DNA of 64,000 bases from an uncultured Actinomycetes bacterium (GCA_963751665.1 CAVVVF010000010.1:42752-106751); one strand, 5' to 3'; shown: positions 46,916 to 55,484, numbered from the stretch's first letter. Made by a program: numbers and translations. The notes: a model not told the origin generated them from the sequence alone.

Positions 46916-47110
46916 ATGTTCGAGTGGACCTACCTCGACGCGGCGGGCCAGGAACTGGGGCACTCGCAGCCCTTCCCCGACACCGATTCGGCCGAGGAAT
47001 GGCTCAGCACGGCGTGGCGCGATCTCTATGAGAACGGCGTGGAGGAGGTCGTGCTGCACGACCGCATCCGGGGCGAACGCATCTACCGGATGGGCCTGGG
47101 ACAGGAGTGA
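46916..47110 (+). CDS. hypothetical small protein (64 aa)
   Basis: ORF with acidic, protein-like composition. Confidence 0.4.
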   Translation: MFEWTYLDAAGQELGHSQPFPDTDSAEEWLSTAWRDLYENGVEEVVLHDRIRGERIYRMGLGQE

Positions 47111-47116
47111 GCCCCG

Positions 47117-47644
47117 CTAGGTCTTCGGGCCCTCCGAGCGAACCTTCTCCACCCCGGTAAGGGCCTGGCGAAGGTCCTTCAGCCACTCGTCCTGCTTCTC
47201 GGCCACCAGGTGCACGCACCAGGCGAGCGCGTGGCTGCGAGACCTGGCCACCCCGGCATCGACCAGGGTGTCGAGCACGCGTCGCTCGGGCATCCGGAGC
47301 CGGGTCATGGCCGGGACCGAGACCGTCGTGAACAGCTTGGTGAGGTCCCCGCACCGCGCCCCCCAGGAGACCCGCCGGCCGAACCGGCCCTGAGCCTCGT
47401 CGGCGATGCGCATCCGCTGCCCCCGCGTGTCCTCTCGGAAGCCGTCGATCCGGGCGGCGCGCGCCGCGGCAACCGCCTCAGCTGCGGCGTCCTTGGCCAG
47501 CTCGGGCTCGGAGAGGGTCCCCACCACCAGGATCTCCTCCCTGTCAGCGGAGACCTCCGGGGGGCCGGCGAACCATCCTGCGGGGAGCCGCCCGGCGAAC
47601 CAGCCGGCCAGTTCCTCCTCGGAAACGTGCACTGATCCTCTCAT
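47117..47644 (-). CDS. hypothetical protein with a ribbon-helix-helix-like C-terminus
   Basis: The start at MRGSVHV lies inside ORF 47117..47767. The tail is RVLDTLVDAGVARSRSHALAWCVHLVAEKQDEWL. Confidence 0.5.
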   Translation of the reverse strand: MRGSVHVSEEELAGWFAGRLPAGWFAGPPEVSADREEILVVGTLSEPELAKDAAAEAVAAARAARIDGFREDTRGQRMRIADEAQGRFGRRVSWGARCGDLTKLFTTVSVPAMTRLRMPERRVLDTLVDAGVARSRSHALAWCVHLVAEKQDEWLKDLRQALTGVEKVRSEGPKT

Positions 47645-47659
47645 GAGGCTGATAATTAC

Positions 47660-47677
47660 ACCATTACACGTAATGGT
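47660..47677. promoter_or_regulatory. AT-rich perfect palindrome ACCATTAC-AC-GTAATGGT in a divergent promoter region
   Basis: It is the only AT-rich patch in the 131-bp spacer between the 47644(-) and 47776(+) starts. Confidence 0.4.
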
Positions 47678-47775
47678 CAAGCCCCAAGGCCCCATGGCCC
47701 CAAGGCCCCAAGGGATATGCCTGGACGGGGGTGCCAGACTCCCCGGGGAGCCCGAAGGAGAAGGCACTCGGCAGC

Positions 47776-48180
47776 ATGCGGGTCACGGAGTTCGAGGTCG
47801 ACACGAGCGGGAGACGGGTGGTCGACATCACCTCCCGGGTGCGAGCGTTCGTCGCGGAGGGAAACGAGAGCGGCCTTGCCCACGTGTTCCTGCCGCACGC
47901 CACTGCGGGGCTGGCCCTGATGGAGACAGGGTCGGGCTCCGAGGCAGATCTCGAGGAGCTGCTCGAACGGCTGCTTCCCCGGGACGACCGCTACGCGCAC
48001 CGCCACGGCGCGCGGGGGCACGGAGGCGACCACCTGCTGCCGGCGCTCGTCTCGCCGTCGCTCGTGCTGCCGGTGGACCGCGGTGAGCTGGTGCTGGGGA
48101 CGTGGCAGAGCGTCGTGATCGTGGACCCGAACCGGGACAACGACCGGCGCCGCGTGCGGGTCTCGGTGCTCGCGGGCTAG
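47776..48180 (+). CDS. yjbQ: YjbQ/UPF0047 family protein (secondary thiamine-phosphate synthase)
   Basis: VFLPHATAGL, GHGGDHLLPAL and LGTWQSVVIVD motifs. Confidence 0.8.
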   Translation: MRVTEFEVDTSGRRVVDITSRVRAFVAEGNESGLAHVFLPHATAGLALMETGSGSEADLEELLERLLPRDDRYAHRHGARGHGGDHLLPALVSPSLVLPVDRGELVLGTWQSVVIVDPNRDNDRRRVRVSVLAG

Positions 48181-48546
48181 CTACAGGTACTGCCCCGGGG
48201 TCCGTTCCTGCCCGTCGAGGGGAGAGGCCACGGCCTGGACGTCGCGTTCTCGAAGCAGAAGGAACTCCTCGCCGTTCAGCTCGACCTCCAGGCCGGACTG
48301 GGGGAGGAACAGGATGCGGTCGCCGGCCTTCACGGCCCGCACGTCGGGGCCGACCAGCACGACCGAGGACCATAGGCAGCGCTTCGGAGCGGGGACGGCG
48401 GTGGCCGGGATCAGCAGGCCCCCGCGGGTCTTGCGCTCGCCGTCATCGGGGTTGCGGACGACGATGCGATCTCCGGTCAGCCGCACGTCCTCCTTCGGCG
48501 GCCGCTTCTTCCGGCGGGTCGAGGGGGCGCTGGACTGGCGGGGCAT
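48181..48546 (-). CDS. GroES/Cpn10-family protein with a basic N-terminal extension
   Basis: LTGDRIVV...KTRGGLLIP...VKAGDRILF...GEEFLLLRERDVQAV aligns to the Cpn10 pattern. It is preceded by STRRKKRPPKE. Confidence 0.7.
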   Translation of the reverse strand: MPRQSSAPSTRRKKRPPKEDVRLTGDRIVVRNPDDGERKTRGGLLIPATAVPAPKRCLWSSVVLVGPDVRAVKAGDRILFLPQSGLEVELNGEEFLLLRERDVQAVASPLDGQERTPGQYL

Positions 48547-48613
48547 CTCGACGCGATTCTAGCCTCCGCGTGCGGGCGGTCAGGTCGGGCGTGGTCGGTA
48601 GGATTCGTCGGCG

Positions 48614-49483
48614 ATGGCGAAGGCGAAGGATCTCCTTGCGCGGGCGGTGAAGACCCTGAAGGCATCGCCGGCCATCGACCACTGGCAGAGCGACCGCGAG
48701 GAGATCGAGTCGGAGGAACTGCTGGCGCTTCGCCATGGAGCGTCGAGGTCGACGAGCTCGACCCGAGCGATGAGGTCCCCGCCCGAGCCGCCCGGCGGTT
48801 CGAGGCCGATGGTGGCTCGCCGGGCGAAGGGCGAGCCGGTCCAGTTCATCGAGGGCTATGCCGAGTTCCGGGGGATCCAGCTGATCGCCAAACCCGGGGT
48901 GTTCGTCCCTCGCGACTCCACGGAGTTCCTTGCGGAGCAAGCCGTTCGGCGATTGCGGGGACGTCGGCGGGCGATCGCCGTGGACCTGGCCACGGGCGGC
49001 GGGACCGTGGCCCTGGCCGTGGCCAACGAGACCCGAGGGGTGAAGGTGTTCGGCACGGACCTGTCGGCGCGCGCCATCCGGGTAGCCCGGGAGAACGCGG
49101 CGCGGCTCAAGCTGCGGGCGACCTTCGTGACCGGCGATCTGTTCGGCAGCCTGCCCGAGGACCTCCAGGGAAAGGTCGACGTCATCACCCTTCATCCGCC
49201 GTACGTGGGACGGAGGGAGCTTCGAGAGCTGCCCGATGAGATCCGCCGGTTCGAGCCGGCCCACACGCTCACCGACAACAGCCTCGACGGCCTAGGGCTG
49301 GTCGATCGCGCAGCCGCCGAGGCCGGCGAGTGGCTGAAGCCGGGCGGCTGGCTGCTGATCGAGGTGAGTCCCGACCGGGCCCGAGCCGTGGCCACCGTGG
49401 TCAGGCGGCACGGCCTGCGCGACGTGCGGAGCACGGCCGGCGGCGAGCTCAAGGTGACCCGGGTCGTGGTGGGGAGGCGGTGA
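48614..49483 (+). CDS. PrmC/HemK-related N5-glutamine methyltransferase-like protein (HPPY variant); a compensated frame break lies at 48725..48808
   Basis: DLATGGG SAM motif, and HPPY in place of NPPY. The conserved GVEVDELDPSDEVPARAARRFEA segment is readable only in another frame. Confidence 0.75.
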   Translation: MAKAKDLLARAVKTLKASPAIDHWQSDREEIESEELLALRHGASRSTSSTRAMRSPPEPPGGSRPMVARRAKGEPVQFIEGYAEFRGIQLIAKPGVFVPRDSTEFLAEQAVRRLRGRRRAIAVDLATGGGTVALAVANETRGVKVFGTDLSARAIRVARENAARLKLRATFVTGDLFGSLPEDLQGKVDVITLHPPYVGRRELRELPDEIRRFEPAHTLTDNSLDGLGLVDRAAAEAGEWLKPGGWLLIEVSPDRARAVATVVRRHGLRDVRSTAGGELKVTRVVVGRR

Positions 49484-49529
49484 GGACCTCTCCCCCCGCG
49501 TCACCTCGCGGGCGGACGGACGAAGCCGC

Positions 49530-49706
49530 TCAGTGCCTGATCGGCCACAGGATCGCGGCCGCGACGGCCACCACCACGCGCCGGACGCCGCTTCTGGCTT
49601 CCCCGGCCCTGCCGGCCCGGGTCGAGAGGGCCAGGCGCTCGGCCTGGGCCTCGCGGACCCGGTCGTCGATCCGGTACTTCGCCATCTCTCCGGTCAGCAT
49701 CTCCAT
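49530..49706 (-). CDS. possible 58-aa tail-anchored membrane protein
   Basis: MEMLTGEMAKYRIDDRVREAQAERL...VVVAVAAAILWPIRH*. The upstream in-frame sequence also looks coding, so it may be part of a broken larger gene. Confidence 0.25.
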   Translation of the reverse strand: MEMLTGEMAKYRIDDRVREAQAERLALSTRAGRAGEARSGVRRVVVAVAAAILWPIRH

Positions 49707-49874
49707 CGCCTCCTGCGTGTCGTGCTTCCCGATTGCCAGAGCGTAGGCGGCGGCCCGGCCGGCTTCGGTGACCGTCGCTACCGACCCCCTGTGCCGTCCG
49801 TCACCTCCGGTAGCCTCCAGGCAACCGGGCTGGCCTTGCGGTGCGTCGGGGGCGGGGACGAAGATGGCGCGGCC

Positions 49875-50560
49875 GTGAGGAGGGGTCGAGGTGTCGCCAC
49901 CGCAGGCGCGCTGGTGGGCGCCGCCATCCTGCTCGCCCTGGCGGGCGGTCGGGGTGGCTCAAGCGGCGACCGCAGGGGCCGAGGGTCGAGGGGAGCGCCT
50001 CCGGGGAGCTCACGCCAGGAGCCCGGCTGGTGCTTCGGATCGACGTGGCGGAGGTCGGTGGGTGGCTGGGCCTGCACCGCCTCGACTTCTCGCTCTGGTG
50101 GGAGGGGAAGCGGTCGAGACCATCACGTACGACGTCGAGGGCCAGAAGCTGGCCATCGGCGACCAGGAGGTCTTCGCCGGGACCGGTGGGCTTCGTCGCC
50201 GGCTCTTACCTCCGGGTGAGCGGGGCGCAAGTCGTCGTCACGACAGGAGGCGCGAACATCTCCCTCGCCGCGACGGCCGCCGTGGTGCGAAGCATCCCGG
50301 CGGACGCGCGGTTCCGGTTCGCCGCGACGGACGACGCCGGGCTGACGTCCTCAGTGACCCGTTCCCTCCAGGCCGGGAAAGGTGGGGGCGGGGTCTCCTG
50401 GGGGGCCGTGATCGCTACGGTCTGCGTCGCGCTGCTCGGGGGGGCGTTCCTGGGGAACCTGTTCGCGTCGTCGCGGCGGCCGCCGCCCCGCCTGTCCGTA
50501 TACTCCTCGATCCAGCGACGGATGGACGAGGAACGCCGGGCCCAGACCCCCGCCCCGTGA
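49875..50560 (+). CDS. single-pass (type I) membrane protein of unknown function; at least 3 frame breaks
   Basis: Signal-like ATAGALVGAAILLALAGG, then a beta-rich ectodomain (ARLVLRIDVAEVGGWLGLHRLDFSLWWEG / AVETITYDVEGQKLAIGDQEVFAGTGG / FVAGSYLRVSGAQVVVTTGG...). A Gly linker follows, then the TM segment AVIATVCVALLGGAFLGNLFA and a short basic tail. Confidence 0.45.
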
Positions 50561-52749
50561 CGGCCGGTCGATCGCCGAGCGGCCTGTGGCGGACCCTGTC
50601 CGACCGGGTGGCCGCGCAGCCCTCGGACGGCGAGGGTGGCCTGTGGGACGACCTTGCGGTGAAGGTCGATCCCGTCGAGTTTCGGCCCAAGCTCGCCCCG
50701 GACGTCGAGGTCAAGCAGTTCTCGCTTCGGTGGGGCAACGACTACGCGGTCGTGGCGAACCCCCGAGACCTGCTGCACTACCGGCTCGAGCCGGGCGAGG
50801 TGGAGCTCCTGTGGCTGATGGACGGCTCGAGGACGGTCCGGGAGATCGTGGTCGAGCGGTTCCGGGAGTCGGGCGACCTGGAGCTCTCGGCCGTCGCCGA
50901 CCTCGTGCGCCAGCTGCGGACGGGCAGCTTCCTGGAGACGAAGTTCGTGGACTCTGCGGGCGCCGTCCGCCGGGCGCTGAACCCCATGTCCGCGGCCCGG
51001 CAGAAGGGCCGCCAGTTCTTCAGGACGCTTTCCGTGGACTGGTCGGGGGCGCAGGACATGGTGGCCTGGTGGTACCGGAACGGCGTGCGATGGTTCTTCA
51101 AGCGGTGGGTGGCGTGGTCCGTCGGGCTGATCGCGGTCGCCGGCTTCTTCGCGTTCATCGCCGTGTACCGCTCGGGCCGGTTCGACATCGGCGGCGAGTC
51201 CGCGGCGGCGGCCTCGCTCGTCATCCTGGTGCTCAACTACTTGCTCACGTTCATCCACGAGCTCGCCCACGCGTCGGTGCTCGTGCACTACGGGCGGCGT
51301 GTGAAGAGCGCCGGCTTCATGATCTATTTCGGCGCCCCAGCCTTCTTCGTCGACTCCTCGGACGGGCTGATGATGGAGCGGCGGCAGCGCATCGTGCAGT
51401 CGTTCGCCGGTCCCTACGCCGAGCTCATCATCGCCGGCGCGGCGGCTACCGTGGTCTGGGCGTTCCCCGGTTCCGTCGTGGCACCGGTCCTGTACAAGTT
51501 CGCCCTGCTGAACTACTTCGTGATCTTCCTGAACCTCGTGCCGCTGCTCGAGCTGGACGGGTACTGGATCCTGTCGGACCTGATCCAGGTGCCCGACCTC
51601 CGACCGATGTCGCTCCAGTTCATCCGGTACGACCTGTGGAGGAAGCTCCGGAACCGGGAACGGTTCTCCAAGCAGGAGGCCGGCCTGGGCCTGTACGGGA
51701 CGCTCGGGGTGGTCTTCACGCATCTTCGCCTTCGCCACCTCCTTCTACTTCTGGCGGGAGATCTTCGGGGGCCTCGTGGGCAAGCTGTGGAACGGCGGGG
51801 TCGTGGGCCGGGTCCTGCTGCTCGCCCTGGGCGTGTTCGTGACCGGTCCCCTCCTGCGGGGCCTGATCGAACTGGCGCGGGCGCTGCTTCGGAGGCTCCG
51901 CGCGGTGTGGGAGCAGGTCCGGTTCCGCCTGGAGACGTCGTGGAGGGTCGAGGCGGCCAAGCTGATCGACCGGCTACCGATCCTGGAGGACCTCCCGGAG
52001 GAGGTGCTCTCCGATCTCGCAGGGCGGGTCCGGCTCCGCACGTTCCCGGCGGGAAAGCCCGTGATCCGCCAGGGGGACCGGGCCCAGGCCTTCTACGTCG
52101 TCCGCCGGGGAGCCCTCCAGGTGGTGGAGGAGGATCCACGAGACCGGGGACCGGCGGGTCCTGCGGGTCCTGGGGCCGCGGCGAGTCCTTCGGCGAGCTC
52201 GGGCTGGCGGAGGCGGCGCCCCGCACGGCGACGGTCGAGGCCATCGAGGAAGCGCAGCTGTTCGAGATCGACAAGAGCACGTTCGAGCGCCTGCTGGCCG
52301 ACATGGTCCACGTGCCGGAGTTCGCGCCGACGCTCGAGGCGGTGGCCGAGCTCCGCGCGCTCCCCGCTTTCGCGGCCCTGGAGCCCGACGAGCTGTCCGA
52401 GATCCTGGAGCACGGCCGGTGGGTGAACGTGGCCCCCGGCGAGCCGATCGTGGAACAGGGCCAGCCGGGCGACGCCTTCTACGCGATCGGCTCGGGGCAG
52501 GTCGAGGTCCAACAGGACGGGACGCTCGTGCGGACGCTCGGCCCGGGGGCGCACTTCGGCGAGATCGCGCTCCTGCAGCGGGTCCCCCGGACGGCGAGCG
52601 TGGTGGCCAGGACCCCCGTCCGGGCGTTCCGGCTGGACCGGGACGGCTTCGACGGGCTGATGGCGGCGGCGTTTCGAAAGGGGACCCTGAAGACCGTCAT
52701 CGAACGCGGAGCGAACGTGGCAGCATTAGCTCGCCGACGGGAGGAGTGA
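50557..52749 (+). CDS. site-2-protease (peptidase M50) family membrane metalloprotease fused to two cyclic-nucleotide-binding domains; 3 frame breaks
   Basis: HELAH zinc site, NLVPLLELDGYW (NxxPxxxLDG) and several TM helices. Two cNMP domains follow (FGELGL...RTATV and FGEIALL...RTASV). Shifts lie near 51718, 52137 and 52178. GTGA overlap with the upstream gene. Confidence 0.8.
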   Translation: MTAGRSPSGLWRTLSDRVAAQPSDGEGGLWDDLAVKVDPVEFRPKLAPDVEVKQFSLRWGNDYAVVANPRDLLHYRLEPGEVELLWLMDGSRTVREIVVERFRESGDLELSAVADLVRQLRTGSFLETKFVDSAGAVRRALNPMSAARQKGRQFFRTLSVDWSGAQDMVAWWYRNGVRWFFKRWVAWSVGLIAVAGFFAFIAVYRSGRFDIGGESAAAASLVILVLNYLLTFIHELAHASVLVHYGRRVKSAGFMIYFGAPAFFVDSSDGLMMERRQRIVQSFAGPYAELIIAGAAATVVWAFPGSVVAPVLYKFALLNYFVIFLNLVPLLELDGYWILSDLIQVPDLRPMSLQFIRYDLWRKLRNRERFSKQEAGLGLYGTLGVVFTHLRLRHLLLLLAGDLRGPRGQAVERRGRGPGPAARPGRVRDRSPPAGPDRTGAGAASEAPRGVGAGPVPPGDVVEGRGGQADRPATDPGGPPGGGALRSRRAGPAPHVPGGKARDPPGGPGPGLLRRPPGSPPGGGGGSTRPGTGGSCGSWGRGESFGELGLAEAAPRTATVEAIEEAQLFEIDKSTFERLLADMVHVPEFAPTLEAVAELRALPAFAALEPDELSEILEHGRWVNVAPGEPIVEQGQPGDAFYAIGSGQVEVQQDGTLVRTLGPGAHFGEIALLQRVPRTASVVARTPVRAFRLDRDGFDGLMAAAFRKGTLKTVIERGANVAALARRREE

Positions 52750-52753
52750 GCAG

Positions 52754-52963
52754 ATGGACTGCTGGCACTGTCGCAGGACCGCGGTCGGAACGTGCCGGTT
52801 CTGCGGCCGCGGGATCTGCGAGGATCACGTCGAGACCCTTCCGTACGTTCTCGAGCTGTATCGAGGGGGCGACGTCACGAGGGCGCTGGTCGTCGAGGAC
52901 GCCCTGTTCTGCGGTGCCTGCACGCCTCGCCCTGATCCGTTGGATCTCCCCGAGCTCGACTGA
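52754..52963 (+). CDS. Cys-rich zinc-ribbon protein (DUF2180-like)
   Basis: CWHC...CRFCGRGIC...CGAC. It starts 4 nt after the S2P stop. Confidence 0.6.
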   Translation: MDCWHCRRTAVGTCRFCGRGICEDHVETLPYVLELYRGGDVTRALVVEDALFCGACTPRPDPLDLPELD

Positions 52964-52976
52964 CCGCAGCCCACCA

Positions 52977-53016
52977 TGTGACGTGCGTCACATCATTCGG
53001 TGTGACCGACGTCACC
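52977..53016. promoter_or_regulatory. two CRP/FNR-type boxes
   Basis: TGTGA-CGTGCG-TCACA at 52977..52992 is a perfect match. TGTGA-CCGACG-TCACC lies at 53001..53016. Their centres are 24 bp apart. Confidence 0.6.
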
Positions 53017-53124
53017 CCCGGGTCGGTGACGGGCGACACCCCTTCCCAGGTGAGCAGTCTTCAGGATGGAGCCATCGGATGCCGATGAAGCTGTGATGAG
53101 AATCTGTGGGAGGAGGTGAATCGG

Positions 53125-53238
53125 GTGGCGAGGAAGAAGGTCTCCCCGAGGAAGCCAGCGGCCAAGAAGGCCACGAAGAGCTCCAAGAAGGCTGCGACGC
53201 GGGTGACGAAGAGGGCGCTTCGCAAGACGGTCAGGTAA
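53125..53238 (+). CDS. 37-aa lysine/arginine-rich protein (histone-tail-like)
   Basis: The GTG lies 8 nt after GGAGGAGG. VARKKVSPRKPAAKKATKSSKKAATRVTKRALRKTVR* has 16 basic residues and no acidic ones. A strong hairpin follows. Confidence 0.4.
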   Translation: MARKKVSPRKPAAKKATKSSKKAATRVTKRALRKTVR

Positions 53239-53261
53239 CGGTTCTTGCACCGCGATTCCCT

Positions 53262-53294
53262 GGACGGGCCCGGCGCTTCGCGCCGGGCCCGTCC
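53262..53294 (+). terminator. perfect 15-bp hairpin
   Basis: GGACGGGCCCGGCGC-TTC-GCGCCGGGCCCGTCC. Confidence 0.6.
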
Positions 53295-53345
53295 CCATCC
53301 CCTGGGCTGGCTTGCTGGCAGACCGAATGGGTACGCTTTCCGACG

Positions 53346-54056
53346 ATGGCGCGAGCGGTGCGGTCGAGGGCGGCGATCGAGGAGCAGATGGCGGGGACGC
53401 CGCTGTTCGAGGGGACCGACTCCGCTGCCATCCACGAGCTGGCGTCCAGCGGGACGCTCCGCCACTACCGGCGCAACACGTATCTGTTCCATCAGGGCGA
53501 CCCGTCGGAGGAGATCCATTTCCTCATGGAGGGACGGGTCGAGATCAGCTCGCTCTCGGCCAGCGGCCAGCGGATGCTGCACACGACGATCGACCAGCCG
53601 CAGTTCTTCGGGGAGCTCGGCCTGTTGGGTGGGATGCCGAGGACCGCGGCGGCCCTCGCCCTGGAGGAAACGGAAGTCTGGGTCACCCCGGGACAGACGT
53701 TTCAGGACTTCCTGGCTCACGAGCCCACGGCCTCGCTGGCCCTTCTCGGTGCCCTCGCGCGCCAGGTGAGCGCGCACGAGGCTTTCGTGGACGACCTGCT
53801 GTTCCTGGACCTCAAGGGCCGGGTGGCCAAGCGGCTCCTCCAGCTGGTGTCCCCGAGCCTGGATGAGCTCCCGGAGGACGGCGCGGTCCTGCCGGCCATC
53901 GTGACCCACGCCGACCTGGCAAGCCTGTGCGGAGGCAGCCGGGAGAACGTGACCCGGATCCTGTCGGACTTCCAGCGCCGGGGACTGGTGGAGCGGGACG
54001 GACGGCGGTTCGTCCTGCGGAAGATCTCGGGGCTGGCTCGCCTGGCCGCGCTCTGA
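53346..54056 (+). CDS. Crp/Fnr family transcriptional regulator
   Basis: A cNMP domain (FFGELGLLGGMPRTAAA) plus the HTH LASLCGGSRENVTRILSDF. The R-E-x-x-x-R recognition helix is of the CRP type. Confidence 0.85.
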   Translation: MARAVRSRAAIEEQMAGTPLFEGTDSAAIHELASSGTLRHYRRNTYLFHQGDPSEEIHFLMEGRVEISSLSASGQRMLHTTIDQPQFFGELGLLGGMPRTAAALALEETEVWVTPGQTFQDFLAHEPTASLALLGALARQVSAHEAFVDDLLFLDLKGRVAKRLLQLVSPSLDELPEDGAVLPAIVTHADLASLCGGSRENVTRILSDFQRRGLVERDGRRFVLRKISGLARLAAL

Positions 54057-54083
54057 GCCCTTCGACGCCTTCGAAGCAGCCGC

Positions 54084-55107
54084 TCAGCCGCCGATCATCG
54101 ACATGCTTCGCTCGGGCTGGACGAAGTCGGGGTGGTTGATGCGGTGTCCCGACCATTTGCGCCACACGGCGGTCCTGATGATCGACGCGAGCTCGCCGTC
54201 GCTCGCGCCGCCTCGAAGCGGCTCCCGGAGGTCCAGCTCCTCCAGGGCGAACAGGCACGAGCGGACCTGGCCCTCGGCGGTCAGGCGCAGGCGGTTGCAG
54301 GTCTCGCAGAACGGCTCGGTGACCGAGGCGATCACGCCGATCCCGCCTGGCGCGCCGTCGGCGAACCGGTACGAGGCGGCCGGCTCGTGGTCGGGTCCCT
54401 CGGACGCCAGGGGAACACGCGGTCGATGGCGTCCACGATCTGGCGCGAGGGCACGACCTTGGCCCGCTCCCACGCGTGGTCGGCGTCGAGCGGCATGTAC
54501 TCGATGAACCGGATCACGTACCCGGTCTCTCGGGCCCAGGCCGCGAAGTCCACGATCTCGTCCTGGTTCTCCCCCCGATCACGACGCAGTTGATCTTGAT
54601 GGGGGTCAGGCCGGCCTTGTCGGCGGCCTGCAAGCCGGCGAAGACCTTGTCCAGCGCGTCGCGCCGGGTCATCCCCTCGAACCGGTGCGGCATCAGCGAG
54701 TGGCACGAGACCGTGACCCGATCGAGGCCCGCCCGGGCCAGCGGCTCGGCCAACCGGTCGAGGAGGATCCCGTTCGTGGTCATCGACATGTCCAGGTCGG
54801 GCCCGGTCTCCCGGAACATCCGGACCAGGGTCGGCAGGTCGGCCCTGACGGTGGGCTCTCCCCCGGTGACCTTGATGGAGCGGACCCCGAGCGAGACGAA
54901 GATCCCGAGCAGCCGGGTGAGCTCCTCGAAGGTGAGGATCTCTTCCTTGGGCAGCCACTTCAGCCCCTCGGCTGGCATGCAGAAGACGCAACGGAAGTTG
55001 CAGCGGTCGGTGACCGAGATACGCAGGTCGTCGGCCACCCGGCCGAAGGTGTCGATCAGCGAGCCCTCGGAGGGCGGGACGGTCTCGGGTGGCTGCCAGG
55101 TGTCCAT
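54084..55107 (-). CDS. moaA: GTP 3',8-cyclase MoaA; 2 frame breaks
   Basis: Radical-SAM CNFRCVFC and the C-terminal CETCNRLRLTAEG cluster. Shifts lie in a C6 run (54571..54576) and a G4 run (54410..54413). Confidence 0.85.
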
Positions 55108-55181
55108 GGTCGAACCTCCAGGCTACTCCTGCGGCGTGGAACCGGCCATGGCGAGGCCGGCCCGATCAGCCTTTGAGTCGC

Positions 55182-55439
55182 TCAACCCTCCGCCGGTGAG
55201 CCCTCGGGCAGGAGCGACCGGACCGTGTCGAGGGCTGCCTGAAAGGCGTCCTCGCGCGGGGCGTCACCGGCCAGGCCCCGGCCCACCGCCGAGCCCAGCA
55301 GGAACGTCGCGAGGGGCGTGATGCGCCGCTCGACGCGGTGGGCCACGTCGCGGGCCGCCTGGAGCAGCTCCGCCGTCTCTCGGGAGCTCAGGGTGTCCTC
55401 GCCGAGGGCCTCGGCGAGCTGGTCGATCCAGTCCTCCAT
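55182..55439 (-). CDS. small hypothetical protein (DUF6457-like), upstream of moaA
   Basis: These are the last 85 codons of ORF 55182..56849: MEDWIDQLAEALG... Confidence 0.5.
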   Translation of the reverse strand: MEDWIDQLAEALGEDTLSSRETAELLQAARDVAHRVERRITPLATFLLGSAVGRGLAGDAPREDAFQAALDTVRSLLPEGSPAEG

Positions 55440-55484
55440 GGTTCTCCTCCCGGTTCGCGGGTCCCGTCTGGCAGGATATGGCGC

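Noticed and set aside
47680-47714. Short GGCCCCAA repeats as a CRISPR or satellite array
   Set aside because: There are only three irregularly spaced 8 to 9-nt copies with no spacer architecture. I report them only as part of the promoter region.
53025-53040. Third CRP-like box GGTGACGGGCGACACC
   Set aside because: The right half-site (ACACC) does not mirror the left one. It is too degenerate to call.
53106-53345. N-terminal extension of the Crp-family ORF (MGGGESGGEEEG...)
   Set aside because: It runs through the small basic ORF in another frame and through a perfect terminator hairpin. The Crp-like domain starts at the ATG at 53346.
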